Below are positions 14,141-27,383 of a stretch of 64,000 nt of DNA, one piece after another. Below the pieces are notes generated by a model, which did no database searches, had not been told where the DNA came from, and saw only the letters and a list, made by a program, of their open reading frames with translations. A program made the translations under genes and the position numbers. Source of the DNA: Eledone cirrhosa (taxonomy: Eukaryota); NCBI GenBank assembly GCA_964016885.1, contig OZ024743.1:188914001-188978000 (forward strand), in the 5' to 3' direction. Within the stretch, counting starts at the first letter, position 1. The number at the start of each line of letters is the position of its first letter.

Positions 14141-14376
14141 AGAACTATATATATGTGTTTGTGTCGAGATTGTATCTGTATTTTTTACCGTTGGTCAGTC
14201 AATGGCAACATTGAGGACCGAATAAATAATTAGATTACCGATTTAAAAGACACAGAAGCGAAAACCAACCAAACAGTGAGTGTGTTCTGTTATTAATTCT
14301 GGCAATATTACACAAATATGATCCTCCCCAAGTATAACTATATATATATATATTGTGTATCTGTGCTGTCAATAAT

Positions 14377-14561
14377 TGTTTCTACTTTAGGTACAAGGCC
14401 AGCAATTACCCAGTGCATTACTGCTACTTTATTTTATCGACCCCGTAAGGATGAAAGGCAAAGTCAACCTCGGCGGGATTTGAACTCAGATCGTAAAGGG
14501 ACGTAACTATGTTGGAAAGCATGGTGTCCGACCCTCTACCGATACTGCCAATCCACTGCCC
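14377..14561 (-). mobile_element. Young full-length SINE family A with 15-bp TSD
   Basis: TGTGCTGTCAATAAT duplicated at 14362-14376 and 14562-14576; A/B boxes on the minus strand. Confidence 0.92.
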
Positions 14562-14772
14562 TGTGCTGTCAATAATGATGGAAAATATATTTACAATACT
14601 TACGTGTTAAATAGAATAAGCTGTAAATTCAACTATGTGGCAGAGGAAATTGGTCTCATTTGCACGTCGTTTTACTATTTTAATGTGTGGTTTATTACAC
14701 AGTACCCTTTAACAATCAAAGTAATGGCATATCAAAAAGGTGTCATAAGCAAAAACAAAAAAAAAGTTTTAC

Positions 14773-17705
14773 TTCATCATCATCATCATCAACGTTTAAC
14801 GTCCGTGTTCCACGCTTGCATGGGTTTGGACGGGGGTAGTCCCACTTGAGGCAAGAGTGATTGTCTTGCTCGCATAGGACTGTCTGGCAGGTTTTCTACA
14901 GTTGGATGCCCTTCCTAACACCAACCACATTTACAGTGTGGGTCAGGGAGGTTTTTACCGTGTTGCCTACACGGCCACATTACAGCGTGGACTGTGTGTT
15001 TTTTTGTCGTGACACCTACACGATCTCATTTGTTTCGGCCTCGATGGCGCGGCACCAACATAACTTTACATAGAACGGGGTGGTGTGGATGGGGTAGTGG
15101 TGGTGGTGGTGGGACGGGGTGTATTTTGTTAGAGATGCCTACTGGCTGGAGTAGGTTTTACTATATATTTAGGTAAGGCGGGTCTTCTCTGTTACTGAGT
15201 ACCGCCAAAGGTCTCGGTCCAGTGACATTGTCTTGGAGAGGTGTAAGTGTGTGATGTCGGAGTTTATCAGCTCGTCCCAGGTTTTTCTAGGTCTGCCTAT
15301 TCCGTGACTACCGTCTATCTTTATTGCCCTGCACTTTGTTATACAGCTATCGACTTTCATGCGCATCACGTGTCCATACCAACGTAGCCTTCTCTCGAGT
15401 AAACAACATCTGATCCCTCTTATCTCTAATTTTTTCCTTAGTTCGTTTATGCTTTGCCGTTCACGTATATTACTGTTACACATCCAGCGGAGCATGCAAG
15501 CTTCGTTCCTCTCTAGTCTGCGTATATCCTCTGCACACAATGCCCAGGTCTCACTGCCATGCAGCATTGTTGTTCGTATGCAGGCATCGTACAACCTGCC
15601 TTTCATTTTTAGGGAGAACCCTTTAGCAGCTAATAGTGGTATAAGCTCTCTGAACTTTTTCCAACCAGTTCTGACTCTAGCTACAGTACTTTCAGAGCAT
15701 CCTCCCCCACTGCTGATTTTATTGCCCAGGTAACGGAAGCTGTCCACTATTTCTATAGAACCCTCTGCGCAATTGAAAGAGCTAGTATTTTGTGGGCACT
15801 TGCTGCTACTTATTGCACCAGAACACCTGCCACATGTAAAATCTATGTTCTTAGTTAGCTTACCTGTGATCCCACTACATCTTTTATGCACCCATACTTT
15901 GCATTTAGGACATAAAATGGAGTTTCTACCTACGCCTTTCCTACACACCGAGCACGACCATTTCCCAGAAGGGACCGCCGCCTTGTTTTCTTTCCTACAA
16001 ACTAGTACTTTGGTCTTAGCCAGGTTAATTTTAAGTCTATTTGACTCTAGGCCGTGCTTCCATGTTTGGAATTTCTTCTCTAGCTCGGCCATTGATTCCG
16101 CTATGAGTGTCAGGTCGTCTGCGTATAGGAGTTCCCATGGGCAGCCTGTCTTGAACTCCTCTGTTATAGCGTGAAGGGCAATAATAAATAGTAGGGGGCT
16201 GAGAACAGAGCCCTGATGGACGCCAACTTTTACGCTAAACTCTTCACTATATTCGTTGTTAATTCTAACCTTGCTGACTGTTTCTTTATACATGGCTTGT
16301 ATAGCCCTCACAAGCCATTCGTCAACGCCTAGTTTTCTAAGAGCCCACCAGATAATGGAGCGGGGGACTCTGTCGAAGGCTTTCTCCAAGTCGACAAAAG
16401 CTAAGTAGAGGGGTTTACCTTTAGCTAGGTACTTCTCCTGTAGTTGTCGTACTATGAAAAGAGCGTCTGTGGTACTTTTGCCTGACACAAACCCGAACTG
16501 CATTTCATCTAGGTCAATTCTCTCTCTGATTAGTTGCGCTATTACTTTTTCCGTGACCTTCATGACCTGGTCGATTAATTTAATGCCTCTATAGTTACTC
16601 CTATCTAGGGCGTCTCCTTTACCCTTATAACAGTTAACGATGATGCTGCTATGCCAGTCCTTCGGAACAACCCCATTCTGTACGACTTGGTTAACTATGC
16701 GGGTGACCATGGTGTGTCCCACCGTGCCAGATGCCTTCAGCATCTCAGCAACTATTTCCGAAGGCCCAGCCGCCTTACCCGTCTTCATATCCTTGATTGC
16801 CTTACTTATTATACTCCCCTCGACTAACACTGCTGGTCCCTCTATTGGGTCGATATGGCGGAGACTGTCTTTCTCCCATTTATTCTCCTCATTTAGTAGC
16901 CTTTCATAGTGACACTTCCAAGCTACCTTCTTATCAGCGTCGGTGATGGCAAGTGTGCCATCGTCGTTTAGTACACACTTCTCCCCGACAATATCACGGT
17001 TTTCCTTGACGCATTGCCTAGCAATCCTGAACACCTCACGTTTTTGGTCATCGCGTTGTAGAACATGCTTGAACTTTCTTTCCTCAGCTTCCCTTCTTGC
17101 TAAGTACACTTGTCTCCTAGCTTCCCTCCTGGCCACTTGATAGTCTTCTCTACTTCCCCCATCCCGCCATACTTTCCAAGCCTGCTTTTTGGCCTTAATT
17201 GACCCCTCCACCTTACTGTTCCACCACCATGTTACTCTCCTCCTGCCTACAGGCCTGCTCCAGCCACAGACTTCGTCTGTCGCCAACAGCAGGTTTGCTT
17301 TCAGAAATTCCCACTCTCCCTCTATATTGTCCGTCTCTAAATGTTCTTCCTTACTGTCGAAAGCATCAAGTAATATGCTTTGAAATTTATTCCTGGCTGT
17401 GGGGTCCTTTAGCTTCCATATTTTTCTCCTGAGGATAGTCCTCTTCTGCTGTCGAGTACGTCTCGTCCTGACTATGAGGTCGCTAATTATCAGTCTATGT
17501 TGGGAGGTGCATTCTTCATGGGGGAGGGATTTAGTGTTTACAACAGACACTCTGTCACGTCTTCTGGTAAGGATATAATCTACCTGGCTTGTGTGTTCCC
17601 CGGATCTATAGGTGATCAGGTGATTGTCACGTTTTTTGAAGTTAGTGTTACAGATAGTTAGGTTATTTGCATCACAGAATTCCAGGATTCTGGAGCCTTC
17701 CTCAT
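14773..17705 (-). mobile_element. RTE-clade LINE, 5'-truncated in the APE domain (copy 1)
   Basis: Open 848-aa frame, about 400-nt 3' UTR, and (GAT)n tail. Confidence 0.95.
15169..17705 (-). CDS. RTE ORF: partial AP-endonuclease + reverse transcriptase with internal PHD-type finger
   Basis: SQVDYIL/SQHRL (APE end), NYRGIKL, FVDLEKAFDRV, GVHQGSVLSPLLF, YADD, C4HC3 insert, FRYLG, RRLRWYGHV, GRPRKTW. The listed ATG lies in flanking DNA. Confidence 0.9.
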
Positions 17706-18204
17706 ATTTATTCATATTTATTATATTTCCAAAATATTAAGCTGTTGCTTGGTAAATTCCATATAGATTTGTTGAAATGTTGCTTCATAGAATAAAATAA
17801 CTAATGTTTGATACTTTAAATGCACTGAACAAGGTAAGACAAAAGTATCCAGACACCACATATATTAGATCATTTATTCTTTTCTCTTGTTTCTAAGTTC
17901 AAATCATACAAATGATCAAAAATAAATAGCACAAGGCATTTAGAGCTTGTACTATTTTTCGCAATCTTCTCATTCCCCTGCATTTATAATAGTTTCTGAT
18001 TTAGGCACAAGGCCAACAATTTTGGTTGAGGTGAAAGTCAATTAAACTCCAGTGAATTAGTGGTAATTTATTGCCACAATGTGAATAATCTGGTGTGTTT
18101 ATTTTGTGCTTATGCAATGTTTCTCTGTTTGGGGTGTCGAGAAGACATTTGGCAAGAAATGGAAACAAAACTGAAGTAAGAGGCAAAGCACAAATAATAA
18201 TAAT

Positions 18205-18389
18205 TGTTTCTACTTTTGGCACAAGGCCAGCAATTACCCAGTGCATTACTGGTACTTTATTTTATCGACCCCGTAAGGATGAAAGACAAAGTTAACCTCG
18301 GCGGGATTTGAACTCAGAATGGCGAGGACCATAACTATGCGTCAAAGCATAGCGTCCGACCCTCTACCGATACTGCCAATCCACCGCCC
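18205..18389 (-). mobile_element. Young SINE family A with 19-bp TSD
   Basis: AAGCACAAATAATAATAAT at 18186-18204 and 18390-18408. Confidence 0.92.
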
Positions 18390-18798
18390 AAGCACAAATA
18401 ATAATAATAATATGTGACTAATGTCATGAATTCATTTCTGAGATTTGACAGGCAATAATCCTCATATTACTATGCAAGCCTTCGGCAATCATTTTCAGGG
18501 GGCCAAAATCCACAAATTTAAGGAGGTTAAGATTTAATTGAATAAATTGAGCCCAGTAACTTGTCTGGCATTTTATTTTATCAACCATTGGATAAGGAAA
18601 ACCAAATTTGACGACGACTGAGTATGAACTCAGAATATAAAGAACAAAACAAACACCACAATGCCCAATGTTTTACTGATTCAGTCAGTCCACTGCTTTG
18701 AATATGATGACAAAGATGATGATGATGATAAAAACAAAGATGATGATGATAACGATCATGATGATGATGCAGAGGAAAAGGAAGAGGAGGATAATAAT

Positions 18799-18976
18799 TG
18801 TTTCTACTTTAGGCACAAGGCCAGCAATTACCCAGTGCATTACTGGTACTTTATTTTATCGACCCCGTAAGGATGAAAGGCAAAGTCAACTTCGGCGGGA
18901 TTTGAACTCAGATCGTAAAGGGACGTAACTATGCTGGAAAGCATGGCGTCCGAGTCTACCGATACTGCCAATCCAC
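18799..18976 (-). mobile_element. SINE family A
   Basis: Near-identical to 14377-14561; flanked by GATAATAAT on both sides. Confidence 0.9.
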
Positions 18977-19587
18977 GATAATAATATAGTTGTGTCTGAG
19001 CCTGTTTGGTGTAATGCTGAACATTGGCGTGACAAATGTACACAGAAGACTCATTGAGTTTGCTATAGATTATGGTTCACTGATCTGTGAAGTTTGTTAT
19101 TTAGAGCACAGGAATTATGTGGTTCATGGTGTAGAAACAAGAAACAAGAAACAAGGAGCAAGAGAACAAATAATACGTAACAATCAATGTCTTTTGAAAT
19201 AACCCCCATAACCATGATCAAAGAAGATGAAATAAAATTGAGCAGTGAAAGAGCATAGCTAGAATGGGTTTTTACTTTGAAGCTAATATAGATATATTTG
19301 TATCATCTTTGCTTTTACATAGACTGGTAAAAGAAACAGATGTAAAGAAAATGAACACTTGTTTGTGATTGTAAGATCGTAATAAATGATTATGTTAAAC
19401 AATATGTGTATCTGGGTGTATGCATGTGTGTTTGTGTGTGTATTTTGAAAATGTTTCTGTATTCTGAATTACAGTCGTGCTTCTTCCCATTGTTCTAAAC
19501 CAGGAGGTCTGTTCTGATTGGCCTGATATGTAGGCAGCTGGATAACTAGATGCATTTATCAGATCCATAGCTTCAGAATTGAAATAA

Positions 19588-19875
19588 TCATCATCATCGT
19601 TTAACGTCCATCTTCCACACTTGCATGGGTTTGGACGGGAATTTTCCCACTTGAGGCAAGATTGGTTGTCTTGCTCGTATAGGACTGTCTGGCAGGTTTT
19701 CTACAGCTGGATGCCCTTCCTAACACCAACCACGTTTACAGTGTGGACTGGGAGGTTTTTTTACCGTGTTACCTACACAGCCACATTACAGCGTGGACTG
19801 TGTGTTTTTTTGTTGTGACACCTACACGACCTCATTTGTTTAGGACTGGATGTTGTGGTACCAACATAACTTTAG
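19588..19875 (-). mobile_element. 3' UTR-only fragment of the young RTE family
   Basis: Matches 14773-15070 and the reverse complement of about 48910-49199. Confidence 0.85.
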
Positions 19876-19925
19876 AAAGTTTTATATACATATACATCTG
19901 CTAGCATGAGTAAACAAATATAATT

Positions 19926-20017
19926 GTTTCTACTTTTGGCACAAGGCCAGCAATTACCCAGTGCATTACTGGTACTTTATTTTATCGACCCCGCAAGGAT
20001 GAAAGGCAAAGTTAACT
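19926..20017 (-). mobile_element. 5'-truncated SINE family A with 19-bp TSD
   Basis: ATGAGTAAACAAATATAAT at 19907-19925 and 20018-20036. Confidence 0.88.
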
Positions 20018-20587
20018 ATGAGTAAACAAATATAATATAATACAAATACATTCACACGCACATGCACACACACATACACACATGCACACAAACACACACA
20101 CAAACTCACACATATGTATAAATATATATCCCATTATATGCAAGGTGTGGTGCAACCAACTGGTCAGACTTTCCTCAGCAAGTCCACCCAACTCCAAGAA
20201 TACAGGTATGCTATGAATAGGGTAAGGTACAGCGAACTGGCCAGACCCTCCTTATAATGAGACCACCCAGATCCACCCATTAAATGTAGTTGGTGTTAGG
20301 AAGGGCATCCAGGTGTAAAAAAAACCTAGCCAAAATACAGTTCTATTTGAGCAAGGTAAGGTACAGCCAACTGGCCAGACTTGCCATATATGTGAGACAA
20401 CCCAGTCCCACACTCTAAACATAGTTAGTGTTATGAAGGTCATGCAGCAAAAACAGCCGAAATACAGTTACATTTGAGCAAGGTAAGGCATGGCCAACTG
20501 GCCAAACTTGCCTCATAACAGGGATGAGCCGTCTAACCCAACCCATGTAAGTGGGGAAAAATAAAACGTTAAATGGGGAGGAATATA

Positions 20588-20627
<40 letters not shown>

Positions 20628-20630
<3 letters not shown>

Positions 20631-21180
20631 CTTTTGCTAACTAGGTAATCAAATCAGCAGTGGGGGTGGATATACCAAAAGTGTGATAGTTGGTTAAGAA
20701 GAGGCTGGAAGAAATTTAGAATCTATTACCACTACTAAAAACAAAATGCTTTCCTCTCAGAATAAAGGGTAGAATATATGATGCTTGTGTGCGAACTATA
20801 ATGTTACATGGCAGTAAAACATGGGCCTTTATTGCAGAAGACCTGCAGTTAGAAACAAATGAGTTGAGTATGCTTCAATGTATGTTTAATGTTAGTGTGC
20901 ATGAGTGACATAGCATAAACAAACTGAGTGAAAAACTTGGCACCAAAGGAATTGGATGTAGTGTGCAGGACAGAAGACTGCATTGGTATGAACATGTGAT
21001 GTGCATGGGAGATAACAGTAGTATAAAGAAATATAGAGAAACCCCAGTGGCTCGGACCTGTGGAAGAGGGAGTGAAGGCCCGCTTTAAAAAAACTAAACC
21101 ACACAACATATATGATTAAAGAATGCAAGGGCTAGTGCTATGTGGTGCTGAAGAAAACCCAACCTGCAACATAGAATGTT
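20628..21180 (+). mobile_element. Decayed older RTE 3' fragment
   Basis: LGNQISSGGG..GWKKFR..IYDACVRTIMLHGSKTWAL homology, with frameshifts. Confidence 0.8.
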
Positions 21181-22165
21181 GTTTGCCCCCTCCCCCCCTT
21201 CCACCACCACTCACTAACAGCTGTCCACATTGCCACTACACCCCTCACTATACACACACCTATGCCCCATCCACACACACACATTCTTAGCTACAGCTCC
21301 CTTGTGAAGTAGTTGGGTTGAGGAAGGGCATCCAGTTGTGGAGGGCTTGGCAAACAAAAGGATGGGAGGACACTTCAGTCACTTCAGCCTCCCCAGAGTT
21401 TGTTGATCTACACAATAAATGTATTCAGAGCCTGCTGTAAAGTGGTTTGTTGCTTTGTTGAGCACTGGTCACTGTTCTCTGTGGTATTTTAGCCCATCAC
21501 TGTGGTATTTTAGCCCATGGCTGCTTTAGCGATAGGTTTTCTGATTTTTATATGTATTCAAATACACTCTTGCTTCATCTCGATCAGAGACAACAGTGTT
21601 TTGACTTTATCATAGCTATGATTAGCTTTCCATTTAGGACAGACACCACAGCTTGAGGTCCACAATTCCATTATTTTATTTTATTTGTCTTTTTTTGTCC
21701 TTCTATCTGTGGTGTTTGCTTTATCACACAGACATCATACCAATAGAAGGATTTATTTTTCTGTTGCATAGTCCTGCATTTTAAAATGGTGCTGTCAATT
21801 AAATCATTTGAAACCATTTTGCTGGCTTGAGAGCTGATGAAGGTGAAGATATATGTGTGTAAACTTGTCTTAGACATCACCTTTCTTTATTTCCTTCTTC
21901 CAGTCAGTTCTGTGCGCCAACGCACTTCTCCTTGTTCTCCTCCTCTTTCAATCTTTTCTATATTTCATCTATCTGTCACCCACCTTGTGGTTTGTCTCTC
22001 TGTTGTCATTGGTCACTGGTCTCTGTCCACTGAGGCATTTTTGCCCATTTCTGTCTTTGACAGTATTTAACTGTTTTAACAGCTGTTCTGGGGACAAGTT
22101 TTCTCATTTTTATGTGTGTGTGTGTGTGAGTGTGTGTGTGTGTGTGTGCGTGTATGTGTGTGTGA

Positions 22166-22205
<40 letters not shown>

Positions 22206-23091
22206 TTTAATGCCAATTTTCCCTGCTAGGGTTGGATTGGTCTGCAGACTGTGTTGCTACTCAAGCTGAGCTACTGACTTCTCATTTAGACTGGGGTCTG
22301 TATTCTGCTTACATATGTTACTGCAATCTCAGAGTCCTCATACAACCCACATTGCACCTCACATATATAGATTCCCAAGCTCTCCTGAGGGCATTTTATC
22401 ATAGCACTAAAACTCGGGAAATTGACATGACTTTGACACATGTGAAGATTCCTCCAAATCCATTGTCTGGCAGGTTATAGACTATTCCATTAGAATAGAA
22501 ATGAATGACAATTAAAGTAAGGTATATTAGTTTATTATAAAGCAATTATTACAGAGCTTATTTGGGTTACTTTTTTTTAGAATTTATCAGAGCAATGAGG
22601 TTCTTCAAATGCATATAAGCTATTGATTAGGTGGTGCTAGGATATTGGTGGGTAACTGAAATGCATACATACGTACATTAATACATGTATACATACATAG
22701 AAACTTAGAAACAGAGATACACACATATATGCATGTGTGGAAAAACGATGATGATGTTGATGACATGATGGCAGCTACCCTATGATTGTGTATAGTTATC
22801 AAATGACATCTACTTACGTCTTGTGAGTGTTGGGAATGGATATGACATTTTAAGCCTGTAAGTGACTGAATGTTTTGCAAGGAGTTGGCAGATGGGCAAA
22901 GCTAAAAGTCACTTTTTGTGGTTATGGGGTTAGCCATTTATATCATTTAAAGATCTCATGATATCAAGTGATTCCTGTGCATGAAGCTTTTTATTGTGAG
23001 GAAAGACTTTGTACTGGACCAATCCCTTTCACTAAGTAACAATAGCTACATTCCAAAAAGCAGAACAGATTAACATCATTAATTACTATTG

Positions 23092-25222
23092 TGAAGACGG
23101 GTAAGGCGGCTGGTCCTTCGTAAATAGTTGCTGAGATGCTGAAGGCATCTGGTTCGGTGGGACACACCATGGTCACCCGGATAGTTAACCAAATCGTACA
23201 GAATGGGGTTGTTCCGAAGGACTGGCGTAGCAGCATCATCGTTAACTGCTATAAGGGAAAAGGAGATGCCCTACATAGGAGTAACTATAGAGGCATTAAA
23301 TTAATCGACCAGGTCATGAAGGTCACGGAAAAAGTAATAGCGCAACTAATCAGAGAGAGAATTGATCTAGATGAAATGCAGTTCGGGTTTGTGTCAGGCA
23401 AAAGTACCACAGACGCTCTTTTCATTGTACGACAACTACAGGAGAAGTACCTAGCTAAAAGTAAACCCCTATACTTAGCTTTCGTCGACTTGGAGAAAGC
23501 CTTCGACAGAGTCCCCCGTTCCATTATCTGGTGGTCTCTTAGAAAACTAGGTGTTGATGAATGGCTTGTGAGAGCTATACAAGCCATGTATAAAGAAACA
23601 GTCAGTAAAGTTAGAATTAACAACGAATATAGTGAAGAGTTTAGCGTAAAAGTTGGTGTCCATCAGGGCTCTGTTCTTAGCCCCCTCCTATTTATTATTG
23701 CCCTTCAGGCTATAACAGAGGAGATCAAGACCGGCTGCCCTTGGGAACTCCTATACGCAGATGATCTAACGCTCATAGCTGAATCAATGACCGAACTAGA
23801 GAAGAAATTCCAAACATGGAAGCACGGCCTAGAATCAAAAGGCCTTAAAATTAACCTGGCTAAGACTAAAGTTCTAGTTTGTAGGAAAGAAAATAAGGCG
23901 GCGGTCCCTTCTGGGAAATGGCCATGCTCAGTGTGTAGGAAAGGCGTAGGTAGAAACTCCATTTTATGTCCCAAATGCAAAGTATGGGTGCATAAAAGAT
24001 GTAGTGGGATCACAGGTAAGCTAACTAAGAACATAGATTTTACATGTGGCCGGTGCTCTGGTGCAATAAGTAGCAGCAAGTGCCCACAAAATACTAGCTC
24101 CTTCAACTGCGCAGAGGGTTCTATAGAAATAGTGGACAGCTTCCGTTACCTGGGTGACAAAATCAGCAGTGGGGGAGGGTGCTCTGAAAGTACAGTAGCT
24201 AGAGTCAGAACTGGATGGAAAAAGTTCAGAGAGCTTATACCACTATTAGCCGCTAGAGGGTTCTCCCTAAAAATGAAAGGCAGGTTATACGATGCCTGCA
24301 TACGAACAGCAATGCTGCATGGCAGTGAGACCTGGGCATTGTGTGCAGAGGATATACGCAGACTAGAGAGGAACGAAGCTTGCATGCTCCGCTGGATGTG
24401 CAATAGTAATATACGTGAACGGCAAAGCATAAACGAATTAAGGAAAAAAATCAGAAATAAGAGGGATCAGATGTTGTTTACTCGAGAGAAGGCTATGTTG
24501 GTACGGTCACGTGATGCGCATGAAAGACGGCAGCTGTATAACAAAGTGCAGGGCAATAAAGATAGACGGTAGCCACGGAGTAGGCAGACCCAGAAAAACC
24601 TGGGACGACATGATAAATTCCGACCTCACACACTTACACCTCTCCAAGACAATGTCACTGGACCGAGACCTTTGGCGGTACGCAGTAATAGTGAAGACCC
24701 GCCTTACCTAAATACAAAGTAAAAACCTACTACAGTCAGTAGGCATCTCTATCAAAACACACCCCCGTCCCACCACCTCCACCCCATCCACACCACCCCT
24801 TTCAATGTAAAGTTATGTTGGTCCCACAACATCCAGGCCGAAACAAATGAGATCGTGTAGGTGTCACGACAAAAAACACACAGTCCACGCTGTAAATGTG
24901 GCCGTGTAGGCAACACGGTAAAAACCTCCCAGCCCCACACTGTAAATGTGGTTGGTGTTAGGAAGGGCATCCAGCTGTAGAAAACGCGCCAGACAGTCCA
25001 CGCTGTAATGTGGCCGTGTAGGCAACACGGTAAAAACCTCCAAGCCCCACAATGTAAATGTGGTTGGTGTTAGGAAGGGCATCCAGCTGTAGAGAACCCG
25101 CCAGACAGTCCTATGCGAGCAAGACAACCACTCTTGCCTCAAGTGGGAGAACCCCCGTCCAAACCCATGCAAGCGTGGAACACGGACGCTAAACCTGATG
25201 ATGATGATGATGATGATGATGA
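23092..25222 (+). mobile_element. RTE LINE copy 2 (5'-truncated, frameshifted, duplicated 3' UTR segment)
   Basis: ORFs 23136-24572 and 24511-24711 are near-identical to copy 1. There is a +1 slip in the A-run at about 24444-24450 and a (GAT)n tail. Confidence 0.95.
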
Positions 25223-27323
25223 TCTGCAGGTTTTGCATCAGCGTTTCCTCTCCTTGAGAGAAACCCTAACAAGGAACAGGGGTCTCTCACTTACAGTGGG
25301 CTTATCATACACTCACACACCAGCCTGAATATTTTCATGTCCCTGTGCTAATATATATATTAAACCCATGCAAGCATGGAATATGGACGTTAAACGATGA
25401 TGATGATATATATATATACACACATATGCATAATCTATTGGATGGCCATTGATACATGAGTTCCTCCCCCTTTTAACAGGTTTTCTTTTTATTCCACAAG
25501 GTGTCCAATATCATCCTCTCCACTACGCAAGCTTGGGGGAATTGCCACTTTAATCAGCAATGACCTGACCATGTGACATGTTACCAGTAGCACTTGAGAG
25601 TGACCTGACAACATACATACATCCACCCATCTATTCCATCCATCCATCCATACATACATTTCAATTCTTCCTTACCATTAACCCCTTAACATCTACCACA
25701 TGAAATCACATGAGCAAAACATTCTTAAAAATTATAAAACCAAGCACCATTACTAAAGCGCATTACGATAATGTCTCTCTTCCAACACTACACATTTTCA
25801 AAGTGATCTATCCACTATTAAACATACTATAAGCATTTGAGTCAACAAAATATAATACCAGTTACGTACTAGGGTTCAATTTAATCAACTTTCCTCTCAC
25901 TCAAAATTGGTGGCCTTCTGCCTAAATCAGAAACCCTTATTTTTTCCTGCATATTCTGAATAAGACAATATTGTACAGTGGTATTCACAGCTTTTTAGCA
26001 CCCAATCTTTCATGTAAGTTCCTGTTACTCATCCTATAGAAGATATTCAAGTCATTCCTCTTTAATTGCTGAAAATGTTCTGCATTCAATGCCAATGGTT
26101 TATGGTCCTGCAACCTCATACTTACAAATCATTTACACATGCTTTTCATAGAAAGTAGAGAAATCTTTTGTTGCCAGCAGGAAAATCAATTTTCTCAACG
26201 TATTCTTGATTGTGTTAACACCCATTTGTTCTAACTGTATCACAAATTATACTACCTAGGTAATAGAATATACCTGTTACTTTTAGTGAGTCATCTCAAC
26301 TGGTCAATGCTTTTAGTTCAATTGTGATAATACTTATAGCTCTCCTAACCAGTTAGCTTCATGCAGATACATTTCTAATTTTGTGTAGTCATTATTACTA
26401 CAGAATGTATTATTCAATACATACATGACACCTACATAACTAAGTTTCTGCTTTGATGACTTTTGCTAGTTTTTGTGCCCCTCCTTTTACATGATTATAC
26501 TTTAATATTAAAACCTTAAACAATATTTTTATTTTAACTTGTTAATTAAGTCCACTTTGCAGAATTTATGACAGAATTGCCAAAAACTAGACACTAACAA
26601 ATATCTCAAGCTGAGGGAAATTTGTAACTGTTAAAGGAAGTAGTTTGAGAACAGAACGGTGGGGTGAATCAATCTGCAGCTTAAGTTCAAGACTGCCTCG
26701 TATATATTGAACTAAATATATCATGTGAATATTATATAATAATTAAATGTTTACTAGGGAGGCTGTCATAACTTCACTAAGCAGAGGAATCCATCTAATC
26801 CCTTGTTTTACAGGTTTTCTATGAATGCATGCCCTTTTTATCACCAGCAACTTTACAGAGTGTACTTGGTGCATTTATTGTGTACATAAATAGGACTAAG
26901 GTAAATGTCATGTCTTTGACACAGTTGCAGAGTCCTACTGTCACTTTGTATGGCAGGTTTTCTATGGCTGGATGTATTTCCTATCACCAACCACTTTACA
27001 AAGTATACTAGGAGTGTTTATCCTGTAAATCAACAAAACTAGGGAGATTAACTAACGAAGAATTCACCTGGCCCTGGTTTGGCAAATTTTCTATGGCTGG
27101 ATACCTTTTATATCAACAACTACATTACAGGATATACTGAGAATATTCATAGCTCATGAGCACTAGGTAGGCTTTCATGCCCCTGACACAAATGGAGTCC
27201 GCAACCCTTTCTTTTTGGCATGGTTTCTAGCATGGGATTGTCTTTCTGTTACCAATCACACTAAAGGGCTCACTCCTCACGGCACCAGTAATAGAGCTGT
27301 TATACATTTATTCAACTGAAGAG

Positions 27324-27383
27324 CCCTGTTATGCCCAGCCTATCCAGTGGGTGGAGTAGTCGGATAGGCTGGGCATAACAGGG
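27324..27383. repeat. Perfect 22-bp inverted repeat, 16-nt spacer
   Basis: CCCTGTTATGCCCAGCCTATCC / GGATAGGCTGGGCATAACAGGG. Confidence 0.95.

Larger units (their letters stand above)
12024..14345 (+). mobile_element. 5'-truncated Penelope-like retroelement with 3' pseudo-LTR
   Basis: RT plus C-terminal GIY-YIG ORF, followed by an A-rich 3' region, a hammerhead-like motif and a terminus at (TA)n. The inverted 5' segment is typical of PLE insertions. Confidence 0.9.

Noticed and set aside
15359-17432. Plus-strand ORFs overlapping RTE copy 1 (and similar antisense ORFs over other LINEs)
   Set aside because: Antisense shadows of the retroelement coding frame with no independent motifs.
18661-18928. 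Acidic poly-D/E ORF
   Set aside because: A (GAT)n/(GAG)n microsatellite running into a SINE.
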